A stretch of DNA of 64,000 bases from Candidatus Parcubacteria bacterium (lineage in GTDB: Bacteria; Patescibacteriota; Minisyncoccia; UBA6257; JAGOQP01), in NCBI GenBank assembly GCA_025999395.1, contig AP024682.1, positions 237,638 to 301,637 on the forward strand, read 5' to 3'. How positions within the stretch are numbered: the first letter of the stretch is position 1; each line of letters begins with the position of its first letter. The notes beneath the pieces were generated by a model. The model searched no databases. It was given only the letters and a program-made list of their open reading frames with translations, and had not been told where the DNA came from. The position numbers and the translations under genes were made by a program. Positions 1 to 8,716 of this stretch are shown here, piece after piece.

Positions 1-3000
1 GGGACACAAGATGTTGGAGTAAGTGTAAGCATCAAGAATTTTTCTGTTTCTGGTAGTAGTATCTCATTTACCGCCGAGGGTAATAGTTTTTACAAACTTC
101 ATTATTGTTCATTAACAACTGATGGAACAAAGCCTGTGAGTTTGAATGCGTATATTGATAACATTCTTAGAGCTAGTGTTACGGTTAATCCTCAATCATC
201 TACTGATCCAGATTATTCCTACGATTTTTCAATTTCAGGTATAGCCGAAGGATACCATATCTTAAAGGTCACCGCTAGTTCTAATGGAACAAATGATGAA
301 GCAAATCTTTCTTTTAATATACCAACGACCCCTCCTTCACCTCCCCCAGGGCAAGGAGGAAATCCTTCTCCGGGAACGGCTTATTTTGATCCAACGGCGG
401 TTGTAAATAATCAATCTTATTCTTTTCGTGTAGAAGGGGCACCTGCTAATACCACAGGTGATCTTTATAAGTCTCAGAAAGTTAATGGCGTTTGGCAAAA
501 TTGGCAAGTTAGTAATGATTGGATCGTAACTAATAGTAGTGGAAGTGCTACTAAAGGACCTTGGACATGTACCAGCGCCACAGCCGGTGAATTTAAAGTA
601 AAGATAAAGTGGGATGGTTATAATGATTTGGAAACACCCGAAGCTTATTTTAAATGTACTTACTATCCACCACCGACCGCTTTTGCATCTATTAGCCCAT
701 CGCAGATGGTTGTTGGAGGTGGAAATGTAAATTTTAATTGGGGCGGGGGGCCATTTTGTCAAGCGACTCTGAGTGCGGGAATTGGTATCAATGTTAGCGG
801 AGAGAGATCATTTTCGTTGCCTGTTATTTTTAACAGCGCGACTAACGATCCGGTAGACTATCGGCTTTCTGTTACTTGTCACAATGAAGTCGGTGAGATA
901 GCTCAAAGTAGCGCAAGCTTTAATGGTTTTTGGAGTTATGCTCACTGGTATGCTTTTAAGAAAAATAGCTGTGAAGCTGCTGATAATACAGCCCAAAGGG
1001 AAACAACTTTAGAAGGTAAGAATGGAGTTAGGTTCACTGCTAAAAGAGTTTATTCTGATAACGGGGATATTACCACTTGGCCCGATAGTTATCTAAATGA
1101 TGGTGACGATCGAGTTTGGTCGTATAATAATAATCACCAAGCTACTTACTCTGTTGATAGTGTAACACTAGTTCCTTCCGGTTATAAATACTGCAGTAAT
1201 AGTGGACCTGTGACTTTTTCTGATCCAACAGTGCCTAAAGAAGATACAATTAAATTATATTTCGCACCAAGTGTAGGTGGTGGACAACAATACACTCTCT
1301 CTGTATCTAAATCGGGTACAGGTAGCGGAACAGTTATCTCGAATCCATCAGGAATTAACTGTGGTGCTGATTGCACTGAGAGCTATAACTCTGGCACTCA
1401 AGTTACTCTCATAGCTAACCCTGATTCGGGTTCGAGTTTTATAGGTTGGAGCGGAGATTGTTCAGGAGTAGGAGATTGCATTTTAACGATAAATAACAAC
1501 AAATCAGTAACAGCCACTTTTAATACAAGTAGCATTACTGATCCGCCAAAATCAGCTCCTGATCTTTCCGGAGTAGCTGAGTGTCATATGAATTATCCTA
1601 CTTCATCGGTTCAGTCTTATCTTTCCTGGACAGAGGTGCCGGATGCCACAAGTTATGAGGTTTGGTGGGATAAACTCATTAATCAATTGTTAATAACTAC
1701 TTCCAATTTGTTTTATATCCATCGAGATCTAAATTCCGGTTCTTCATATTCTTATTTTGTTAATGGAAAAAACAGTGTTGGTAGTGGCCCTGATTCTAAT
1801 ACAGTAACCTTAACAATGCCATCTTCTTGTTCTAATCCCCCCCCACCTCCTCCGGGAGCTACTCCAACATTAGTGATTACTCCTAGTTCTCAAACAATTA
1901 GCGTAGGAGATAACGCTTCTTATATTGCCTTGTATGATCCCGATGGTACTCAAGATAGATATGGAGATTTTGATGTAACTCAGTTAGCTAATTGGTCATC
2001 GGATAATTCAACAATTGCTTCTTTACAAGGTAAGGGACTCTTTCGCGGAGAAAAAAGTGGCTCCACTCTTGTCCATGCTACCTATCAAGGGTTAACTGCC
2101 AATGCTTCTATTAGTGTTTTGGCAGAAAATGATTTTTCTCTTTCTATTACTCCAAATTTGAGAGAAGTTCAGAAACCCGGTCAAGCTCAATATACTGTTA
2201 CCGTTTCAAAGATAGGAAATTTCAGTGGGAATGTTACTCTTTCAGCACCAAAGCTTCCAGTGGGAGTAACAGCTAGTTTTTCTCCTCAAGTTGTTTTGGG
2301 AGGAAGTGGAACTTCTACTTTAACTCTTAATGTAAGCAATGATGCTTTAATAGGAAGATCAACTTTTGATGTAAAGGGAGTGAGTGGAAATCTATCTCAT
2401 CTTGCTCAAGCGGATATCAACATTACAGGTACACCTCCGCAGCTTTCCTGTACAGTTATTCCCAATCCGCAAAGTGGTCAAGCACCATTAACAACCACAG
2501 TTTCTGCTACTGGTTCTGGAGGAAGCGGTAATTATCGTTATCGTTTTGATTGGGAAAGTGATGGTACTTATGATACAGGATTTGTTACTTCTCCTAAGCA
2601 GCACACTTACACTAGTAATGGTACTTATCGAATCACCGTTGAGGTAAAAGATTTATCTGACAACAGTACTGCTACTTGCAATACAGGAGTAGCTTCTGGC
2701 TCGTGTCAAGGCTCAAGCTGTGATGTTTGTGTCGGTGATAACTGTGGAGGAAATCAGCCCTCGGTGGATTTGAAAGTTAATGGTAGTGACGGTCCCTTAA
2801 CCTTAGCTTATCTGCCGGGGAGTAACTTTGGAGCAACGATGGATGTAAACTGGCAGGCAAGCAATGTTTCTTCTTGTACTGCTTCAGCTTCTCCTGAGGT
2901 AACTGGCTGGAGCGGGGTTTTGCCTTCTTTGTCAGGGCAAGTTTCTGCTTATGCTTTTGATGTCAATCCCGATCCCAATCAGGGAACTAATTATCAACTT

Positions 3001-3351
3001 CAAATTACTTGTAATCCTACCGATTCGGTTTCGGTAAATGTAGTTAAGTGTGGCCCAGGATCAGAAAGTGTTCCTCAGTGTCAACAATTAGATGCTTGTT
3101 ATTTAACAGCAACTCCTTCCACGATTATTTCGGGCCAGTTTACAACCTTAGAGTGGGGCTGCACTAATCCTCAAGGAAAAACATGCACCATCGAGCAGGG
3201 AATTGGTGATGTTAGTCCAGAAGGAGGCACCAAGAGAGTCAATCCTCGTCAAACTACTACTTATACTCTTTCCTGCACCGGAGTAGATGATTCTTATGTA
3301 ACTGTAAGAGTTAGCTTCTTAAAGAAGATTAGGGAAATAATTCCTTGGTAG
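1..3351 (+). CDS. Giant extracellular multidomain protein, 5'-truncated by the window edge. Contains an InlB B-repeat-like module, an FN3-like module, a Big_2-like Ig module, a PKD-like module and C-terminal Cys-paired beta modules.
   Basis: Frame 1 has no stop from nt 1, so the gene continues upstream of the listed ATG at 136. The motif TLSVSKSGTGSGTVISNPSGINCGADCTESYNSGTQVTLIANPDSGSSFIGWSGDCSG matches the Listeria-Bacteroides InlB B-repeat. YRYRFDWESDGTYDTG...GTYRITVEVKD resembles a PKD domain. TLVITPSSQTISVGDNASY resembles Big_2. SWTEVPDATSYEVWW resembles FN3. The N-terminal part is paralogous to the middle of the 58475..60337 protein. Confidence 0.6.
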   Translation, partial: GTQDVGVSVSIKNFSVSGSSISFTAEGNSFYKLHYCSLTTDGTKPVSLNAYIDNILRASVTVNPQSSTDPDYSYDFSISGIAEGYHILKVTASSNGTNDEANLSFNIPTTPPSPPPGQGGNPSPGTAYFDPTAVVNNQSYSFRVEGAPANTTGDLYKSQKVNGVWQNWQVSNDWIVTNSSGSATKGPWTCTSATAGEFKVKIKWDGYNDLETPEAYFKCTYYPPPTAFASISPSQMVVGGGNVNFNWGGGPFCQATLSAGIGINVSGERSFSLPVIFNSATNDPVDYRLSVTCHNEVGEIAQSSASFNGFWSYAHWYAFKKNSCEAADNTAQRETTLEGKNGVRFTAKRVYSDNGDITTWPDSYLNDGDDRVWSYNNNHQATYSVDSVTLVPSGYKYCSNSGPVTFSDPTVPKEDTIKLYFAPSVGGGQQYTLSVSKSGTGSGTVISNPSGINCGADCTESYNSGTQVTLIANPDSGSSFIGWSGDCSGVGDCILTINNNKSVTATFNTSSITDPPKSAPDLSGVAECHMNYPTSSVQSYLSWTEVPDATSYEVWWDKLINQLLITTSNLFYIHRDLNSGSSYSYFVNGKNSVGSGPDSNTVTLTMPSSCSNPPPPPPGATPTLVITPSSQTISVGDNASYIALYDPDGTQDRYGDFDVTQLANWSSDNSTIASLQGKGLFRGEKSGSTLVHATYQGLTANASISVLAENDFSLSITPNLREVQKPGQAQYTVTVSKIGNFSGNVTLSAPKLPVGVTASFSPQVVLGGSGTSTLTLNVSNDALIGRSTFDVKGVSGNLSHLAQADINITGTPPQLSCTVIPNPQSGQAPLTTTVSATGSGGSGNYRYRFDWESDGTYDTGFVTSPKQHTYTSNGTYRITVEVKDLSDNSTATCNTGVASGSCQGSSCDVCVGDNCGGNQPSVDLKVNGSDGPLTLAYLPGSNFGATMDVNWQASNVSSCTASASPEVTGWSGVLPSLSGQVSAYAFDVNPDPNQGTNYQLQITCNPTDSVSVNVVKCGPGSESVPQCQQLDACYLTATPSTIISGQFTTLEWGCTNPQGKTCTIEQGIGDVSPEGGTKRVNPRQTTTYTLSCTGVDDSYVTVRVSFLKKIREIIPW

Positions 3352-3466
3352 GCAGGAGTAATTTTTTCTAGGTTTTGAGAAGTTTTAGATATCTTATTAG
3401 AATTTTTAATTATAGATTATTTGGCAGATGGCTTAAAAGGCTGGTTTTTCTGTAAACTTTTTAATC

Positions 3467-3495
3467 TTGACAAGAATAATTTGTTTTGGTATTAT
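3467..3495 (+). promoter_or_regulatory. Sigma70-like promoter, TTGACA-17nt-TATTAT, upstream of the 3558 gene.
   Basis: TTGACA at 3467-3472, a 17-nt spacer, TATTAT at 3490-3495. It lies about 60 nt upstream of ATG 3558. Confidence 0.4.
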
Positions 3496-3557
3496 TTCAA
3501 AGTAAAAGGATAATTTAATCAAGGGGTCGTAAAATAAGGGAGACAAATTAATTTTAG

Positions 3558-3857
3558 TTGTACCACCTCTATTTTATGAGAAAAAAATTATTTCTATCAT
3601 TTTTAATGGGCGCAGTTGCTTTTTTGTTGGTGGTAATGGTTTCTGATAACTTTTCTCAAGCCAAAAGAGTAGGGGAAAGGTATGATTGGCGAGATAATTA
3701 TTTTTTGAGAGAGAAAAATAACTTTACGAAGTGTGTTCAGATAGCCACTCCGGCTCTCAATCCAAGAACAGGAGAATGTGTAGTTTTTTCTAATCCTTGC
3801 AATGTCCCTACGGGATGGAAAATTATAAGTGGAAGCTCTTGTTCTTATGTTAAATAA
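3558..3857 (+). CDS. Small hypothetical secreted or membrane-anchored protein with 4 Cys.
   Basis: N-terminal hydrophobic segment LFLSFLMGAVAFLLVVMV, then a Cys-containing soluble part. No recognisable family. Confidence 0.35.
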   Translation: MYHLYFMRKKLFLSFLMGAVAFLLVVMVSDNFSQAKRVGERYDWRDNYFLREKNNFTKCVQIATPALNPRTGECVVFSNPCNVPTGWKIISGSSCSYVK

Positions 3858-3990
3858 AGTGATTATGGCAACTGATATCTTTTGGTATTACTGGCAATCA
3901 AAAATTAAAAGAGAGAAATTAATTTTTCAGGTTGGTTTAGGTTTGTTCTTACTTTTTGCCATTTATTTTTTTAGAAAAATTAATTATTTC

Positions 3991-4031
3991 AAAGCGGCTT
4001 TCTAAATTTAGAAAGCCGCTTTCTTTTTATT
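3991..4031 (+). terminator. Rho-independent terminator: a 15-bp perfect palindrome AAGCGGCTTTCTAAA/TTTAGAAAGCCGCTT plus a T-run.
   Basis: Perfect inverted repeat at 3991-4022 followed by CTTTTTATT. Confidence 0.55.
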
Positions 4032-4057
4032 ATAAGTAATTTAAATAAATAATCCCT

Positions 4058-4354
4058 ATGTCTCATGCTCAGAAAGAAAAGATTGCTCTTGGAAAAGAAA
4101 ATCAAACCTACCAGCTGAAAGTAGGGGACAAAGCAAAGGTAAAGATGCCCGATGGTTCGATAAGGGTTTTTCAAGTGGTCTGGAAAGGAGAAAGTGATCC
4201 TTTGAATGGAATGATCTCCAACGAATCTCCTGTTGGAAGGGCTCTTGTGGGGGCGGTTGCAGGAGAGAAAAGAAGTTATCGGGTTATAAGCAATGGAGAG
4301 GAAAAGATTTTTCAGTTGGAGATTTTAGAGATTTACCCTAAAGAAGAAAAATAA
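4058..4354 (+). CDS. GreA/GreB C-terminal (FKBP-like) domain-only protein, Rnk-like.
   Basis: ISNESPVGRALVGAVAGEKRSYRV...FQLEILEIY aligns with the GreA C-terminal motif ISxxSPIARALIGKxxGDxV...EVxxI. It lacks the N-terminal coiled coil. Confidence 0.6.
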   Translation: MSHAQKEKIALGKENQTYQLKVGDKAKVKMPDGSIRVFQVVWKGESDPLNGMISNESPVGRALVGAVAGEKRSYRVISNGEEKIFQLEILEIYPKEEK

Positions 4355-4357
4355 AAA

Positions 4358-4906
4358 CTAATCTTCTAGTTTTAGTTTAAAAAAGGAGAAAATTTTTTCA
4401 AAAACTTCTTTGAGAATTTCTTGATTTTTAGAGGAGATTTTTTTAAGTACTAATTCTTGAGCTTTCTGCCGGATTCTTTCTTTTTCGGGACGGATGCCAA
4501 TTTTAATTCTCCAAAATTCCTGAGTTTTGAGGCTATCAATTACTGATTGAACCCCTTTATGACCAGCCGAGCGCTGATCAAAAGCAATTTTATAGTTTCC
4601 TAAAAAAATATCCGAATCATCATGAGCTAAAGCAATTTCCTGAGGTTTTAGTTTAAAGTAGGAAAGAGCCTCTTTTACTGCTTCTCCTGACTGATTCATA
4701 AAAACTAATGATTTGATTAAAATCAGTTTTCCTTTTTTGAGATAGCAAAAATTTTTTGAGGCTGGCTTTTTGAAGTTTGGATTTCTTTCTTGAGTTAAAA
4801 AGTCAACCAAGTTTGCGCCTAGATTATGATAAGTCTCTTGAAATTCAAAGGTGGGATTACCTAATCCGATAATGGCTTTAATAGGTAAAGGATTTGCCTT
4901 TTTCAT
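4358..4906 (-). CDS. pth: Peptidyl-tRNA hydrolase.
   Basis: N-terminal IIGLGNP...YHNLGANLVD matches the Pth signature GLGNPGxxYxxTRHNxG. Confidence 0.8.
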   Translation of the reverse strand: MKKANPLPIKAIIGLGNPTFEFQETYHNLGANLVDFLTQERNPNFKKPASKNFCYLKKGKLILIKSLVFMNQSGEAVKEALSYFKLKPQEIALAHDDSDIFLGNYKIAFDQRSAGHKGVQSVIDSLKTQEFWRIKIGIRPEKERIRQKAQELVLKKISSKNQEILKEVFEKIFSFFKLKLED

Positions 4907-4970
4907 ATCTTGCTATATAATAGCACAAACTTGTCATAAGTTTCCAAAATTTTATTTTTTCATTTAGTCT

Positions 4971-5528
4971 ATGCGTAAAGTTTTACTTACTTTTTGGGAG
5001 ATTGGAGAAATCTTCTTGATTGCCTTTGTGGGAGTGGCGGTGATTAAGTATTTTTTTGTCCAGCCATTTATTGTTAATGGTGCCAGTATGGAGCCAAATT
5101 TTTACGATGGTGACTATTTACTGGTGGATGAGATTAGTTATCGATTCGGTCAGCCAGCGCGAGGTGATGTGGTTGTTTTTCGCTCTCCTCAAGATCCCTC
5201 AACTTATTATATTAAAAGGATTATTGGTTTGCCTCATGAAAAAGTGGAGGTAAAGGATAATAAGATTAAAATTTATAACCAAGAGCATCCGGAGGGTTTT
5301 TATATCCAAGAGCCTTACCTTTCTAATTTGCGTAACTCTTGGTCGGGAGAGGCGATTTTTTCTTTAAAAGATAATCAGTATTTTGTTATGGGCGATAATC
5401 GAGCTAATAGTTTGGATTCTCGCTATTGGGGTCCCTTAAACAAGGAAGCGATTGTCGGATTGGTGCGCCTAAGACTTTGGCCTATTACCAATGTTAAACT
5501 TTTTGAAAGGGTTTCTTATAATTTTTAG
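4971..5528 (+). CDS. lepB: Signal peptidase I.
   Basis: N-terminal TM segment, then GASMEPNF (catalytic Ser box), IKRIIGLPHEKV (Lys box) and GDNRANSLDSRYWGPL. Confidence 0.85.
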   Translation: MRKVLLTFWEIGEIFLIAFVGVAVIKYFFVQPFIVNGASMEPNFYDGDYLLVDEISYRFGQPARGDVVVFRSPQDPSTYYIKRIIGLPHEKVEVKDNKIKIYNQEHPEGFYIQEPYLSNLRNSWSGEAIFSLKDNQYFVMGDNRANSLDSRYWGPLNKEAIVGLVRLRLWPITNVKLFERVSYNF

Positions 5529-5580
5529 TTTTTAAACTAACTTCTTTTTATTTTTAAAAGGCTAATAAGTTATTAAATTT

Positions 5581-6915
5581 ATGATCAGAATTCCTCGCGC
5601 CAAAAGAAAACAAAAAGCTCCTCAAAATTCTTTAAGAGGGAAAAAGTTTCCTTTTCAGTCTCCTAAGGGGATGCACGACATCTTGCCTCAAGATTTTCTT
5701 TATTTAGAAAAAATTGAAAAAGCTTTTAAAAAAGTTTCCTGTTTTTTTGATTTTTTAAGATTAGAGCCGCCTCTTTTGGAAGATGTAAGACTTTTTGAGC
5801 GAGGAACGGGGCCCAATTCTGAAATCGTCCAAAAGCAAATGTTTTTTGTAAAATCTCGCTCTCGAAGTGAATCAAGTTTGGTTTTGAGGCCAGAATACAC
5901 TCCCGGAATTTTTCGAGCCTATGTAGAGAATGGTTTAACTCACAGTTTGGTGCCGGCTAAATTTTGTTATTGGGGGCCGGTGTTTCGCTATGAGCAACCC
6001 CAAAGAGGGCGCTTTCGCCAGTTTTATCAAATGGGGTTTGAAATATTAAATACCTTAGATTCGGTTTATGATGCTCAAATAATTTCAGCTGTTTACAAAA
6101 TTTTGGCGGAGCTCCATCTGAAGGGAATAGTGGTAAAAATTAACAGCATTGGTTGCCGTAGTTGCCGAGCTTCTTATGTAAAAAAATTAAGAGATTACTA
6201 TAAAAACAAGTCTTTTAAGCTTTGTAATGACTGTCTAAAAAGACTGAAAGAAAATCCTTTAAGATTGTTGGATTGCAAAGAAGAAAGGTGTCAACCTTAC
6301 AAAGCCAATGCTCCTCAAACTTTGGATTACCTTTGTAATAATTGCAAAACTCACTTTAAGTCGGTATTAGAATATTTGGATGAAGCTAAGATTCCTTATT
6401 TAATTGAGCCAACTTTGGTAAGGGGGCTGGATTATTATTCGAAAACGGTTTTTGAGATTTTTGTGGAAGGCGAAGAAAATGCTCTGGGAGGGGGCGGCAG
6501 ATACGATTACCTTTCGGAAAGCTTGTGGTCAACAAAATTAGGCGCTGCGGGAGCAGCTTTGGGGGTAGAGCGAGTAATGGAGGCAATGAAATCTCAAAAA
6601 ATTGTTCTTTCTCCCAAAAAAGAACACAAGGTTTTTCTAATTTATATGGGGGAAGAAGCCAAGAAAAAAGCTTTTGTTTTGATGGAGAACTTTTTTAAGG
6701 AAGGAATTTTGGTAAAAGAATCTTTTTCAAAAGAATCTTTAAAATCTCAATTACGCCAAGCAGATAAAGAAGGAGCCGAAATTGCTTTAATTTTGGGACA
6801 AAGAGAAGTTTTTGAAGAGGTGGTTATTTTAAGAGATATGAAGAGCGGTAATCAGGAAACGGTTCCCATTGAGAAAATTGTCCCTCAACTAAAGAAAAGA
6901 TTACGCTTTCTTTAA
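5581..6915 (+). CDS. hisS: Histidyl-tRNA synthetase with an 8-Cys insertion.
   Basis: GMHDILPQD and FRYEQPQRGRFRQFYQ (class II motif 2 of HisRS). The insertion CRSCRAS...CNDC...CKEERC...CNNC sits between motifs 2 and 3. Confidence 0.85.
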   Translation: MIRIPRAKRKQKAPQNSLRGKKFPFQSPKGMHDILPQDFLYLEKIEKAFKKVSCFFDFLRLEPPLLEDVRLFERGTGPNSEIVQKQMFFVKSRSRSESSLVLRPEYTPGIFRAYVENGLTHSLVPAKFCYWGPVFRYEQPQRGRFRQFYQMGFEILNTLDSVYDAQIISAVYKILAELHLKGIVVKINSIGCRSCRASYVKKLRDYYKNKSFKLCNDCLKRLKENPLRLLDCKEERCQPYKANAPQTLDYLCNNCKTHFKSVLEYLDEAKIPYLIEPTLVRGLDYYSKTVFEIFVEGEENALGGGGRYDYLSESLWSTKLGAAGAALGVERVMEAMKSQKIVLSPKKEHKVFLIYMGEEAKKKAFVLMENFFKEGILVKESFSKESLKSQLRQADKEGAEIALILGQREVFEEVVILRDMKSGNQETVPIEKIVPQLKKRLRFL

Positions 6916-7006
6916 AAGAAATTTTTGTCAAAGACTTGATTTTTTCTTCGTTTTTTGTTTTCTTTTTTAGGAAAGATTTTTTGCTTTAAAATTAGTTGTA
7001 AGCAAG

Positions 7007-7411
7007 ATGGATTGCATTTTTTGTCAGATAATTAAAAAAGAAAAAGCCGCTCATCTTCTTTATGAAGATGATTTTGCTTTGGCGGTTTTGGATATTTTTC
7101 CTCGAGCCAAAGGGCACACTTTAGTTTTGCCTAAAAAGCATGGAGAAACGATTTTGGATTTTTCCGGTCAGGAATTGGGAAATCTTTTTGAAGCCGTTAA
7201 AAAAGTAACCGCCCTTTTGAAGGAAAAACTAAAGGCTGATGGCTTTACAATTGGTATTAATCACGGTAAAGTGAGTGGGCAAGCAATTGATCATCTTCAC
7301 ATTCACATTTTACCTCGCTTTGAGAATGACAAAGGCGGCTCTATTCACAGCGTTGTTAATCAGCCGCCAGCTGAAAGCTTGGAGGAGATAAGAAAAATTA
7401 TTTTAAGTTGA
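7007..7411 (+). CDS. HIT-family (histidine triad) hydrolase.
   Basis: HLHIHILPR histidine triad. The fold is consistent over 134 aa. Confidence 0.8.
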   Translation: MDCIFCQIIKKEKAAHLLYEDDFALAVLDIFPRAKGHTLVLPKKHGETILDFSGQELGNLFEAVKKVTALLKEKLKADGFTIGINHGKVSGQAIDHLHIHILPRFENDKGGSIHSVVNQPPAESLEEIRKIILS

Positions 7412-7433
7412 TTTTTAAGTAATTAATAAAAAT

Positions 7434-7649
7434 ATGATCGAAGTTAAACGAAAGGAGGGGGAATCGATTAGTTCTTTTCTTTATCGATTCACCAAAAAAA
7501 TTCAGCGCTCCGGTATTTTGAAAGAGGCCAAAAAAAGAAGGTTTTGGGATAGAAAGCCAAACAAGAGAGCGCGAAGGGAATCAGCAATTTATCGAGCTCA
7601 AAAAAAAGCCGAAATAGAAAAATTGAAGAAACTTGGGCGCTTAAGATAG
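7434..7649 (+). CDS. rpsU: 30S ribosomal protein S21.
   Basis: MIEVKRKEGESISSFLYRFTKK...RRFWDRKPNKRARRE is typical S21. Confidence 0.85.
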   Translation: MIEVKRKEGESISSFLYRFTKKIQRSGILKEAKKRRFWDRKPNKRARRESAIYRAQKKAEIEKLKKLGRLR

Positions 7650-7656
7650 CGAAGTT

Positions 7657-8106
7657 ATGATTTTAGAAGAAATTCAAAAAAGAATTAAAGAAGCGCTTTC
7701 TCAAAAGAAAGAATTTGAGCTTTCTGTTTTAAGGATGCTTTTAGCCTCGATTCATAATCGGGAGATAGAAAAAGGCAAAGATAATCCTTTAACCGAAGAA
7801 GAAGTTTTGGAAGTTTTAAGAAAGGAACTAAAAAAAAGAAATGAATCAGTTTTAGCTTATAGTCAAGGGGATCGTCCTCAATTGGCTCAAAAAGAAAAAC
7901 AGGAAGCCGAAATTATCGCTCAGCTTCTCCCCCCCACTCTTTCTTTGGAAGAGGTTGAAAAAGTAGTCGATGAGGTTTTGGGTAATTTTCCGGGCGCCTC
8001 TTTGAAAGATATGGGAGCGATTATTAAAGCGGTAAAAGAAAAAACCAAAGGAGCAGCAGAAGGAGAAGCTATTGCTAAAATTGTTAAAGAGAAACTTTCT
8101 GCCTAA
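7657..8106 (+). CDS. GatB/YqeY-domain protein.
   Basis: YqeY-like pattern LSVLRMLLASIHNREIE...LTEEEVLEVLRKELKKR...AEIIAQLLP. Confidence 0.6.
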   Translation: MILEEIQKRIKEALSQKKEFELSVLRMLLASIHNREIEKGKDNPLTEEEVLEVLRKELKKRNESVLAYSQGDRPQLAQKEKQEAEIIAQLLPPTLSLEEVEKVVDEVLGNFPGASLKDMGAIIKAVKEKTKGAAEGEAIAKIVKEKLSA

Positions 8107-8114
8107 GTGAGAAG

Positions 8115-8546
8115 ATGATTCAGATTAATATTTCTTTTTCCCAAAAAAAGTTTGAAAAGTATTCCGATCTTGTTTTTACCCTTGCTCAAAGGGCTTTGTT
8201 TTTTTTAAAAAAGGATAATTTAATAGTAGATTTTTTTCTGGTTAGTGAGAAAGAAATTCAGAAGATAAATTTTTTAACCCGGGGGAAAAATCAGCCCACC
8301 AATATTTTAAGTTTTTTAGAACCAGAAAATTTTATCCACCCTCCTTTACCTGATAAAAATTTGAAAAGATTAGGAGAAATTTATCTTTGTCCTCCCTTTA
8401 TTGAAAAGAAAAAAGATGATTTTAAGCTTTTAGTAATTCACGGTCTTTTGCATTTGTTTGGTTTTGATCATCAAAACGAAAAAGAAGCGCGATTAATGGA
8501 AAAAAAGGAGAAAAGATTTTTAGATTTTTTGAAGGAGTTAGAGTAA
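8115..8546 (+). CDS. ybeY: rRNA maturation endoribonuclease YbeY.
   Basis: HGLLHLFGFDH zinc-binding motif. Confidence 0.8.
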   Translation: MIQINISFSQKKFEKYSDLVFTLAQRALFFLKKDNLIVDFFLVSEKEIQKINFLTRGKNQPTNILSFLEPENFIHPPLPDKNLKRLGEIYLCPPFIEKKKDDFKLLVIHGLLHLFGFDHQNEKEARLMEKKEKRFLDFLKELE

Positions 8547-8716
8547 TTGAAATTTCTTTATTGAAAAGAAAAATCTCTCTTCTTTTTTAAATTGAGGAGA
8601 GATTTTTTATTTGCGAAAGGAGGTCTTTTTTTCTAAAATGATTTAGTTTCAAAAATAGTTTTTGATTTTTTTATTTTTGGTTTAAAATAGTTAAAGGTTT
8701 TAATTAATTTAAAGAT

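Noticed and set aside
337-1376. Minus-strand ORFs 337..762, 808..996 and 1182..1376 inside the giant surface-protein gene.
   Set aside because: They are antisense to a long, well-supported multidomain CDS. They have no motifs or RBS and are typical shadow ORFs.
5529-5580. T-box leaders upstream of hisS, aspS and proS.
   Set aside because: The intergenic spacers are 20-55 nt, far too short for a T-box riboswitch.
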